64,000 bases of DNA, from the NCBI GenBank assembly GCA_032718475.1, contig JAUCBJ010006611.1:1-64000 (forward strand), given 5' to 3'. The first letter of the stretch is position 1; each line of letters opens with the position of its first letter. A program made the translations under genes and the position numbers. This document shows, piece by piece, positions 13,707 through 24,838 of the stretch. The stretch is from Nemertoderma westbladi (taxonomy: Eukaryota; Animalia; Xenacoelomorpha). The notes below the pieces were generated by a model that saw nothing but the letters and a program-made list of their open reading frames with translations, did no database searches and was not told where the DNA came from.

Positions 13707-15275
13707 TTACGAAAGCAAATAACCATTATTATTAAATATGAAACTGTTATGCGATAATATCAAATGGATAACACCCATCTGTTTTTCAAGATTCTCGTAT
13801 CCCGGTTTCTTGAATAGAGTAGGAGAGAAGATGATAGCCAACTGCCTAACGCCCATCTTATTAACCTGTTCATGAGATGCTATCCGTACCAGATGGGCTG
13901 TCAGATACTTCAACGTCTCGTAATGCGACTCAGGTAATTCGTGAATTAATTGTTTTAAGGTATGCAGCTGATCCTGAAAGACCGGCAGACGGAGACAATC
14001 CATAAATGCGGTGTAACTGCTTTCAGTCATCAAGGAATCCGGTAGTTCGCGTATAAATGATTTTAATAGTTCAGCTACTATGTGTACATCATCAATGGAT
14101 GGGTTCTCTGTTGTTCCCAAAAGGCGGAATTTTTTCATAGTCTCGACAACATCACAACCTTTATCCAAATCCTTTTTTATTGTTGCAATAGTTTCTTTGT
14201 TTCCTGAGAGTCGGTATATGTGTTCAGTGTTGAGTCCAACTTTGTCAATTATCGTTACTAAAGTTTCAACAAATTTTGGAACCTTACAGTTAACTGAAGA
14301 CCCTTCGCATTCTTCCAAAGGTAGAATATAGTGTTTGTCGCTGCTTTCTGACGAATTTTTCGAGCGTTTTCCATTATTTACTAGGTAATTTTTAGCTCTC
14401 TGAAGAAAACTTAAATGGTATGGTTTTTTTATTGGCGGAGTAAAGCGTTCTTCATTGATATTCGCCCCTTGCTGGGGTCTGCATAGGCGATCCAATTCGT
14501 CTGGTTGATCGGGAATGCGGTCCCCTTGAGAACATAGACTCATGGAATTCACCCAAATCATCATGAGGTACTTGTCGGCGGCTTGGAATAAAAATTCAGA
14601 GGATACCTCATCACCTCGGCATCCAATCTCATTTGTTTTAATACGGAACACGTGTTTCCTTTTAGACTTTGGGTCTTCGACAACCTCGATATCGCAATCA
14701 GTAATATCAGCCCTGTGATCCTTAATATAACCGAGATGCATCAAATTCCGAGCGCCAACATTTGGGAATCTCCCGTCGCATGAAAACTCAGGAGGGTTTC
14801 GCACTTCCAAAATATTGCCTTCCAGGGTAACTCTTAATTTAGACCAAAAAGACAATTTCCTGATGTCATCCCCTCCGAGTCGTATTACCTTAGCCATGAG
14901 CTCTCCTTGCATCACGGTTAATCCATCGTCCTCGTCGTCTGACGTTATTGTTTCTCCGAGTGGCGGCTTCTTCCTCAGTATCACGGGAGTTTGGCAGGAC
15001 GCCGAGACGGGATCATCCAACAGGGATCCGCGATGGGGCGCACCCGAATCGTCGGATCTGCGATCTCGGACCATCTCCGTGACCTCACGGATGGCCCCGA
15101 CACACAGACTGCCTGTGTTGGAACGATGGGGAATCCGTTCGGGAAGGACGCCTTCTGTGTAACTTTTGGCGATCTGCTCAACACCGATGTTTTTCTGCCC
15201 AATTCTATTTCCCGGTATGGAGATAGGGGGCGTTTTTCTGCAAAAAGGTCTAGCGTCATTTCTTTGAGAAGACAT
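13707..15275 (-). CDS. PH-domain + RhoGAP protein (ARHGAP21/23-like), single 522-aa ORF
   Basis: PH motifs KRKHVFRI...EFLFQA...MMIWV; RhoGAP motifs VPKFV...IYRLSGN (Arg finger), VAELLKSFIRELPDSL, NKMGVRQLAIIFSPTL. Confidence 0.9.
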   Translation of the reverse strand: MSSQRNDARPFCRKTPPISIPGNRIGQKNIGVEQIAKSYTEGVLPERIPHRSNTGSLCVGAIREVTEMVRDRRSDDSGAPHRGSLLDDPVSASCQTPVILRKKPPLGETITSDDEDDGLTVMQGELMAKVIRLGGDDIRKLSFWSKLRVTLEGNILEVRNPPEFSCDGRFPNVGARNLMHLGYIKDHRADITDCDIEVVEDPKSKRKHVFRIKTNEIGCRGDEVSSEFLFQAADKYLMMIWVNSMSLCSQGDRIPDQPDELDRLCRPQQGANINEERFTPPIKKPYHLSFLQRAKNYLVNNGKRSKNSSESSDKHYILPLEECEGSSVNCKVPKFVETLVTIIDKVGLNTEHIYRLSGNKETIATIKKDLDKGCDVVETMKKFRLLGTTENPSIDDVHIVAELLKSFIRELPDSLMTESSYTAFMDCLRLPVFQDQLHTLKQLIHELPESHYETLKYLTAHLVRIASHEQVNKMGVRQLAIIFSPTLFKKPGYENLEKQMGVIHLILSHNSFIFNNNGYLLS

Positions 15276-16354
15276 TACTTCTATTTATTTTACAGTTAAA
15301 TATTAATTAAATCAGTTATAAAACCTTCAACATCCAAATAAATCCTACTAAATCCTAAATCAACTAAATAATTTTTGGAAATTAATTACATTATATTAGT
15401 TCCAGTTATAATATTATAAATGTGCAAAAACGTAATGCAATACTGACATTACGCAGAAATGTATCAATGTTTCTAAGAAACGTGTTTTAATACCGCAATG
15501 CACTGTACTGTGGACTGTCACTGAGCAGTCAACATAGCCAAATCAGATTTTACTATTTACACTACCAACTAATACACATTAGCACATCTGCAAACAAGCT
15601 GTCTTACTACAATAATAATATAATAATAGGTAGACTATGCATTCTTCTACTATACTAAAAATGGATAGAGCAATGTTTACTCACAAACATAAGATTTTGT
15701 TCAAAGTACAAATTGTCAAACATCAATCAGTCACGAGACCCGGAAGTACGAATATGCTAGGAATTTGTATTTCCCACCTTCACAGACAGACTATATCTAT
15801 TTCTGTATTTCACCATTCCATCATTTATTATTACTGTCAGACTGTATAATATTACTGCCGTAGGCCTACTGTCTGACTGTAATTAATCAGTTAATAGGCC
15901 TACTGTAATATCTGAATATGCTGTACAGCTGTATGGTATATGCTACGTCATGTTAGTCCAGTAGTCAAGGTGGTGTAATACTGTACTGCTGTATGTAGTA
16001 CTAAACTGTACTATGAGTAGTGGAGTGGCCCTACATTTTCTATATTTATTATTATGGTAAATAACTGCAGAACTGTATCCAGGTATCTATTAACCTGTTA
16101 ACTGTATCTAACCAGTTGCCTATTGGATTTCTTTTTTATTGTTTTTGTTAGAATAGCCTAACGTTCCACTGTAACCTGATCTTTCCCCTTAATTGACAAT
16201 TTAAAATTTAGCAGAGATATTAATTATTATTAACCCAGAATCTTCAGATCTTAATGACGAGTTTTACGGATGACCATTTACCCACAATCCCAATCCTCCT
16301 CTTAAGCTTAGCCTAATCAATCCTGGCACAATTGCGACGATTAGCCGGGCGTTT

Positions 16355-17753
16355 ATGGGCCTTAATCGTCACGAGTCCCCGATGGCGACGGGTCAGAAAC
16401 GCACCGAAGATAATGACTTTAGCGTTGTCGGCGCAGACGACAAAAACTCGACACCAGTAAAATACCAAAAACTGAGCCAAACTGATCCCGTTCAAACACA
16501 CACCCGGGCCCGGCAAAGGAATTACCCGGGAAGCGATATACTCCGAACTCCGGTGCCCGACGATAAAGTGCGCTGGAAGTGCGAATTCCAGGATTACCAT
16601 CCTGTAGTTTACACGGCCCCGTCTGTAACTAAAGGACCTGTGTGGGCGGACCCCGAGATCAATGGTTCGGGTGAACCCACCAAAGGTCCCCGCTTCCAGT
16701 ACCACGACTTGGACGGCAAGGTGGACCGCAGGAGTTTTACGGGGGACTACACGGTGGTCGGGGGTGTTCCCTTGAATCCCTGCGGTCGTACCGGTGTCCG
16801 CGGACGGGGTCTATTGGGTAGATGGGGACCCAATCATGCGGCCGATCCTATAGTAACCCGATGGAAGCGAGAGAACGGCAAAATCTTACTCGATAAATCC
16901 TCCAACAAGTGAGTTTTATTCGTGTTAACAATAATATTTTACAGTACCGGTAGGTATATACGGTGTTTAAATTGGATTATAATTTTCGGGATCAGGACCG
17001 GCATTGTATAATAAACTTATTTACTCAGTTACTACTGTATTTATTTTCTGACTTATGAATTTAATATAATAAATTAATTTTAATACAAATGGCATTATCA
17101 TTATTCAACAAATATGCTTAACTTAAAGAGATTCCAACAAAAAATTTTCACATTTTCTTCTATTGCTTTTTTTCGCCGGTAAAATGTAAAATAAACGCAA
17201 TCCAATGGATTACTTTATATGTCTAAGTAAATAAGCACTCCTTTTCCTCCCAAAGCCAAATTATTTGTTTGTATTTATTGTATTCATTCTTATTACGGGG
17301 GTATCTCTGATTATTTCCAGACCAATCCTTCAATTCGTCGCAATCCAACGCAAGGATAGCGGTGAATGGGCTATTCCCGGCGGAATGGTGGACCCCGGAG
17401 AGAAGATCAGTATAACGTTAGCGCGGGAGTTTGCGGAGGAAGCGTTGAACGCGTTGGAGAATGAGCCCAACAATAAGTTACAGGATTTGGTTAGAGAAGC
17501 TTTTAGTAAAGGAGTTGAGGTATACAAAGGATATGTTGACGACCCGAGGAATACCGACAACGCGTGGATGGAAACTGTAGCGGTTAACTTCCATGACGAC
17601 GAGGGTAACAGTCTCGGTAAGATACCGCTGGAGGCCGGAGACGACGCCAAGGCTGTACGATGGAAGGATATAGCGGGTTCCATGGCTCTATATGCTAATC
17701 ATATTGAATTTCTACAGGAAACCGCGGAAATGCATCTCGCTCACTTCAATTAA
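16355..17753 (+). CDS. NUDT9: ADP-ribose pyrophosphatase NUDT9; exons 16355-16908 and 17321-17753 (~328 aa)
   Basis: PLNPCGRTGVRGRGLLGRWGPNHAADPIVTRW, Nudix box GGMVDPGEKISITLAREFAEEA, GYVDDPRNTDNAWMET. Intron GTGAGT (16909) to TTCCAG (17320) joins in frame as K|PILQFVAI. Start codon uncertain. Confidence 0.93.
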
Positions 17754-18557
17754 ACTACCGCGGTATGTAAATTTATCGTAGGAATTAAATACGTCGGCCC
17801 GCAGTCAATACGAACCGCTAGTTGGTCAAGCAGTGAGCCCCAACTAGAACAACGGTAAGGAACACCGACCGATACATATCTTATATTTGGAGTTATGTTA
17901 TATAATATTATTTATTTTAGGTAAATTTCAGTGAATTAGTTATTTATATTATTGAATTTTCGTAAAACTTTTGTAATAAATAAAATAGTTTTATTTCGTT
18001 ATTTATATTTTATTATATTCGGGGATGTTGCCACTCACCTGGAACAGTCAGGGAATCCATTTTTCTTCAAATGTCAGGGAATTCATGGAAAAATAGACAA
18101 ATCGTGAAAAACTTAGGGAAGTTACAGGACGTGTTTCGTGTGAAAATGTGTGAAATGTATTATTACAAAAATACGTTATATCGGTACAAGATTACATTTT
18201 AATAACTAGGCCTAATAAAGGTGCTCTATAACTCGCTACTTCTCCTTTGTCAGATAAATTAATCTGCCAGTCTGTTGTTGTGGTAGTTTATCGATATCTT
18301 TATTATGATTCTGTCTAAGGCATGTTTAAGGTGACTATTACCCCTAATGAAAGTTACATTTTCGAAAATATACAAAATTCTAAAAAAAAAAATGTTCATC
18401 AATTTTTGTAGTTTGATAGAAGGGCTTTCAGATGACATCGGTTTCCAGTTTTCACAATTGAGTGCTTTTTTCACCTCAGAACAGCACAGTTTCCAGTGTG
18501 GAATTCTTGTATTATTGTAATCTTGTAACATTATACCATGTAACACATACGAAAAGG

Positions 18558-20366
18558 ATATCTAAATATTATTAGAGTCTTACACCCCACTAACTACAAA
18601 AAATATAGAATAAAGACATTAACGCCCAGAAATAGTCTCTTTAGTAGATATCTAAATATTATTAGAGTCTTACACCCCACAAACTACAGAAAATATAGAA
18701 TAAAGACAATAATGCCCAGAAATAGTCTCTTTAGTAGATATCTAAATATTATTAGAGTCTTACACCCCACTAACTACAAAAAATATAGAATAAAGACATT
18801 AACGCCCAGAAATAGTCTCTTTAGTAGATATCTAAATATTATTAGAGTCTTACACCCCACTAACTACAAAAAATATAGAATAAAGACATTAATGCCCAGA
18901 AATAGTCTCTTTAGTAGATATCTAAATGTTATTAGAGTCTTACACCCCACAAACTACAAAAAATATAGAATAAAGACATTAATGCCCAGAAATAGTCTCT
19001 TTAGTAGATATCTAAATATTATTAGAGTCTTACACCCCACAAACTACAGAAAATATAGAAAAAAGACAATAATGCCCAGAAATAGTCTCTTTAGTAGATA
19101 TCTAAATATTATTAGAGTCTTACACCCCACTAACTACAAAAAATATAGAATAAAGACATTAACGCCCAGAAATAGTCTCTTTAGTAGATATCTAAATATT
19201 ATTAGAGTCTTACACCCCACTAACTACAAAAAATATAGAATAAAGACATTAATGCCCATAAATAGTCTCTTTAGTAGATATCTAAATATTATTAGAGTCT
19301 TACACCCCACAAACTACAAAAAATATAGAATAAAGACATTAATGCCCAGAAATAGTCTCTTTAGTAGATATCTAAATATTATTAGAGTCTTACACCCCAC
19401 AAACTACAAAAAATATAGAATAAAGACATTAATGCGCAGAAATAGTCTCTTTAGTAGATATCTAAATATTATTAGAGTCTTACACCCCACAAACTACAAA
19501 AAATATAGAATAAAGACATTAATGCCCAGAAATAGGTAGTCTCTTTAGTAGATATATAAATATTATTAGAGTCTTACACCCCACAAACTACAAAAAATAT
19601 AGAATAAAGACATTAATGCCCATAAATAGTCTCTTTAGTAGATATCTAAATATTATTAGAGTCTTACACCCCACAAACTACAAAAAATATAGAGTAAAGA
19701 CATTAATGCCCAGAAATAGTCTTTTTAGTAGATATCTAAATATTATTAGAGTCTTACACCCCACAAACTACAAAAAATATAGAATAAAGACATTAATGCC
19801 CAGAAATAGTCTCTTTAGTAGATATCTAAATATTATTAGAGTCTTACACCCCACAAACTACAAAAAATATAGAATAAAGACATTAATGCCCAGAAATAGG
19901 TAGTCTCTTTAGTAGATATATAAATATTATTAGAGTCTTACACCCCACAAACTACAAAAAATATAGAATAAAGACATTAATGCCCATAAATAGTCTCTTT
20001 AGTAGATATCTAAATATTATTAGAGTCTTACACCCCACTAACTACAAAAAATATAGAATAAAGACATTAATGCCCAGAAATAGTCTCTTTAGTAGATATC
20101 TAAATATTATTAGAGTCTTACACCCCACTAACTACAAAAAATATAGAATAAAGACAATAATGCCCAGAAATAGTCTCTTTAGTAGATATCTAAATATTAT
20201 TAGAGTCTTACACCCCACAAACTACAAAAAATATAGAATAAAGACATTAACGCCCAGAAATAGTCTCTTTAGTAGATATCTAAATATTATTAGAGTCTTA
20301 CACCCCACAAACTACAGAAAATATAGAATAAAGACATTAATGCCCAGAAATAGTCTCTTTAGTAGA
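18558..20366. repeat. 90-bp tandem array (~20 copies)
   Basis: Unit AATAGTCTCTTTAGTAGATATCTAAATATTATTAGAGTCTTACACCCCAC...GCCCAGA; 4-bp insertion variants near 19535 and 19899. Confidence 0.95.
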
Positions 20367-21410
20367 CCGGTTTTGGTTTATTAGTTTAACAAGCCCCAGT
20401 GCCGGATTAAGCCTCTGGTGGCCCTAAGGCGCATTTTAGTAATTTCCTAAAATGGTCCGAAAATTGATATTTTTCCGCAAACCCTTTCAAAAGAAAACGC
20501 TGCTAAAAACAACTGACATTGTGAAAATGTTGCGAAGGAAATATAAAGTATTTTCGTTGGATGACTGCGTGCAAATACTGAAATAACTTGCAAATACTGC
20601 AAGTACTAAGTACTTTAATAATAAGTACTTTGCAAAAATAGTTTTTATCAACAACATTACGTAACATTACTAAACGGAATATTATGCTATGCCTATAAAA
20701 CCTTTGCTATAAAAAGACATTAACGCCCAGAAATAGTCTCTTTAGTAGATATCTAAATATTATTAGAGTCTTACACCCCACAAACTACAGAAAATATAGA
20801 ATAAAGACATTAATGCCCAGAAATAGTCTCTTTAGTAGACCGGTTTTGGTTTATTAGTTTAACAAGCCCCAGTGCCGGATTAAGCCTCTGGTGGCCCTAA
20901 GGCGCATTTTAGTAATTTCCTAAAATGGTCCGAAAATTGATATTTTTCCGCAAACCCTTTCAAAAGAAAACGCTGCTAAAAACAACTGAAATTGTGAAAA
21001 TGTTGCGAAGGAAATATAAAGTATTTTCGTTGGATGACTGCGTGCAAATACTGAAATAACTTGCAAATACTGCAAGTACTACGTACTTTAATAATAAGTA
21101 CTTTGCAAAAATAGTTTTTATCAACAACATTACGTAACATTACTAAACGGAATATTATGCTATGCCTATAAAACCTTTGCTATAAAAAGACATTAACGCC
21201 CAGAAATAGTCTCTTTAGTAGATATCTAAATATTATTAGAGTCTTACACCCCACAAACTACAGAAAATATAGAATAAAGACATTAATGCCCAGAAATAGT
21301 CTCTTTAGTAGACCGGTTTTGGTTTATTAGTTTAACAAGCCCCAGTGCCGGATTAAGCCTCTGGTGGCCCTAAGGCGCATTTTAGTAATTTCCTAAAATG
21401 GTCCGAAAAT
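20367..21410. repeat. 473-bp tandem unit (~346-bp unique part + ~1.4 copies of the 90-mer); third copy split by the LTR element and resuming at 39781-40030
   Basis: CCGGTTTTGG starts at 20367, 20840 and 21313; sequence after 39780 continues the unit exactly. Confidence 0.9.
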
Positions 21411-22603
21411 TGTAAAAGCTTTTGCGGATATACTCAGTCCCCCTCGCCCGCAAGGTACCGTTATAGGTGTTTTAACGGACATAAAAGTGATTCTTCTATA
21501 TACGTGCTTTGGCGGACATGGTAAGGCAAAAAACCCGCAATGCACCAAATACCCTGGCACAGCTTAGCCTTGATGATTCAGATTACGACATCTAACAGCT
21601 GGTTGCTGACATGGAAACGGCCATTGGACACATGGTTCTTTGTTTAGCTTAACAGCCAATCAGAGCGATTTTTTCTGTCGATGTGGAGATATTTTGGCAG
21701 ATCATGCTAGGAGTGTTCAGTCTTACTTTTTTTTCTTGATACTGTTGTGTTGTTTCTATCTAGGCCAGGAACACCGGCTCTAGAGTCAATTCGTTTCAGA
21801 CTTTAGAAGAAACATTAGTAGGCTTAAGATTATAGAGCGTATAACTGTTAACATAACAACTCGGCTCAATCGGCACATACATTGTCATATCATATCTTAA
21901 CCTACCGTCTTAATGCTTTTACTGTTGTTATTATTTTGTATCAGTTGGTTGAATATTATTTGGAGAACATCTATAAAGAACCCAAATTTCCCAATTTTCT
22001 TGATACACTACAGGTTAGAGAGACAGGTTACATATAGCGATTGCGACTTATATTATTGTGGTTTGTAGTGAATTTAATGCTATTTGATAAGCACTACATG
22101 AGTCAGTTGCTGTTCTCTTTATATATGATAAAATTCATTGACGGTCGGCAAATTAGTGAGCAGTATTGTGTGTTACCGGTAGTGTGCATGATTGTGACTG
22201 ATAACTAAGCATTTCCTAAAGAATGCGCCGCATACGTGAATCATAAGCCTTACCGACTTACCGTTGTGATTAGTATAAGTCATATCTCTATTTACCTAGA
22301 TAGAGCGCCACGTCCTAAAGGAACTGTTAATATTTCCCGAAAGTGAATAATATTGGTCAGAAATTATTTATTAACGATCAATCGAATAATACAGTAAGCT
22401 TACACTGCAATAATAATCTAAGCCCTCAGAATCCAGTCTCCCGGGTATATCCAGCGGGTGAATGGACGCGCACTAGGCTGGCTTCTGCTAATGTTGTGTT
22501 TATTGGTATTAAATATTTGTCAATTTCTAAAGTCTATTTATAAACCAAAAGACATATAAATTTTGGCAGGTTAAACTGCTAAAGGTCTTCAAAAGCGTGT
22601 ACA
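21411..22603 (+). repeat. 5' LTR (1193 bp)
   Basis: Direct repeat of 38583-39775; about 8 substitutions and no indels seen by eye. Confidence 0.96.
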
Positions 22604-22670
22604 ATAACAGTTATTGTCTTTATTGCAGTAAGCAATAAAGTTGAAAGTACCGGTCGACCGGTAAACCTGA

Positions 22671-22797
22671 ACCGGTACTTCTGTAGGTCAGTAGGTCCAA
22701 CTGCCAGAACCGGTACTGCTGTAGGTCCGTAGGTCCAACTGCCAGAACCGGTACTTCTGTAGGTCCGTAGGCCCAACTGTCCTAACCGGTACTTCCA
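22671..22797. repeat. 38-bp tandem repeat (~3.3 copies) in the retrotransposon leader
   Basis: ACCGGTACT starts at 22671, 22709, 22747 and 22785. Confidence 0.85.
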
Positions 22798-22974
22798 GTA
22801 TAAGTACATTAGTATTATTCGATTTGATTATTGTATACCGGTAGGTCTCGATATTAAATCGGGGACGCCTGGTTTTTATTGGGATTTTACTTAGGTCTAT
22901 TTCTGTCAGTTTTATTTCCTAGTAAGTTAATATTGAGCTGAAGACGTGTAAGTCTGCTCAGATTGTTCAGATAA

Positions 22975-23550
22975 CTGTAGGCCGGACTGTTGTCGGATTG
23001 TTGTTGGGTTTGGAGAGATTGCGGCGTGTGTAGAGTTTGTCCGATAGAGTGCCAGTTAGTAAGTTGGGGCAGCCATAGCTGTAAGGTCAATCCCCTCTTA
23101 AAGAATAAGTCGTACTACCGTGTTAGAACGCATACTAACTAACCATTTTGGAATCTGCACATACTGTAGTTTATTTAGGCTTGACAGTATTCTGCCAACG
23201 TTTTGGCCTGTGTTTGTTTGTGTGGTCTGTTCAGGTACCGTAATAGTTATTACTCAGATATTTTGTAGGCTGGATTGTTGTCTAGCTATTATTAGGTCTG
23301 AAGAGATTGCTGCGTGTGTAGAGTTTGTCTGATAAAGTGCCAGTTAGTAAGTTGGGGCAGCCATAGCTGTAAGGTCAATCCCCTCTTAAAGAATAAGTCG
23401 TACTACCGTGTTAGAACGCATACTAACTAACCATTTCGGAATCTACACGTACGGTAGTTTATTTAGGCTTGGTGGTAGTCTGTCAGCGTTTGGTTTGTAT
23501 TTTGTTTGAGTATTCTGTACGGGTAGCGTAATATTTATTATTCAGAGTTT
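22975..23550. repeat. ~288-bp tandem duplication in the retrotransposon leader
   Basis: AAGTTGGGGCAGCC at 23061 and 23349; near-identical core with diverged edges, so boundaries are approximate. Confidence 0.85.
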
Positions 23551-24838
23551 ATGCGATTATTCGCAACATTCATGTCCCCAAGTTTATTCCTACAGTAATT
23601 GTGCTTGTTACACATACCGTTATAGTTAAATTAACCCCGGTACTACACGGGCTGCTTGGCGTAGGAAAAGACTGGTGACTTTGTGCTTCGGTCACTCCAG
23701 CAGATGCCGTGGTTCTTTTAACTGTTCAAGTATATTTAACTACTGATTATTTGTTGTACCAGTACTTGTACCTAATTTAGGGTTTAGTGTACAGTGCTTT
23801 CCGAAAGTAATTAGTGTGTAGGCAGTATATTTGTGTTGTAAAGTGGTTAATAGGCACGTTGGATCTGGTAGTCCGCGGTAATTAACTTCCAGGTAGGAAC
23901 ACTCCGTGATACATAACGTAGTACCTATAGCGATACGGCTATAGGTCGTCAGGCGGTGGTATTTTCCTATCTGGACAGTGCAATATATTTACTACTACTT
24001 ATTATTTTCAAATACCGTAGTACCCTGTCCGTCGTAATAACCAGAAATCTAACCATTTGTTAGACTGGTTGGTAGACTTCCTGTAAAATTACCCTAAAAT
24101 TTCGTACGTAATATTTTTGTTGTGTTTAATTAGAGATTTAATCTCACCCGTATCGTAAGTAATTTGTAGTATTAAGTAACTTAGGTAAATTAGAATAATC
24201 TGTTTTAGTGTCCCATAAGTAGCACTCCACTGAGAGCGTACAGCTTCTGTGTAGTGACTCCCCCAGAAATAATAACATTTATTTCAAATATTGACAAAAC
24301 CCCTTTTAAACGGGTATATAAATATTATAAATCAACTCAAACGATTTATAAATAGTAGGCCTGCCATACAACAACTAGGTCTTAATATCAGTTGGACTAC
24401 TGCTTAAATAACGGTAACAAAGTAAGTTAAAGTAACCAAGTAACCCTAAAATATTCAGAAATTCAATTATTCTAAAATAATTGACATACCGGTATTTACC
24501 ATAGGCTTATTATATTTATTTCTATAAATTTGAGCTGAAATCATACCGGTATTCTGTAATTAATTCTAGTTCATAATTATACTTATATATACTATAAGTG
24601 TAAGCTGTATACCGGTATTCACGATAGGCCTATTATATATTTATATATATTTGTGCTAAATTTATATACCGGTACTCTGTGACAAAACTAGTTTACAATA
24701 CTTATATATATTATAAGTGTATACCGGTATTCTAATATACTGCAATAAATTACCGGTACTAGGCCAACGGTCATACTGAATTAATAGACTTGCTTTAACT
24801 GTAACTATAGCTGTAGACATTCAACTGTATAGCTAAAC

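Noticed and set aside
17265-17320. Hydrophobic signal-like N-terminus of ORF 17265..17753
   Set aside because: Intronic read-through upstream of the NUDT9 acceptor at 17320
18712-20384. 30-aa repeat protein ORFs
   Set aside because: By-product of a 90-bp unit lacking stops in one frame; 4-bp insertions break the frame and were themselves duplicated
22343-22543. Small ORFs within the LTRs (also 39515..39715 and 38397..38732)
   Set aside because: Short, no motifs, duplicated only because the LTRs are
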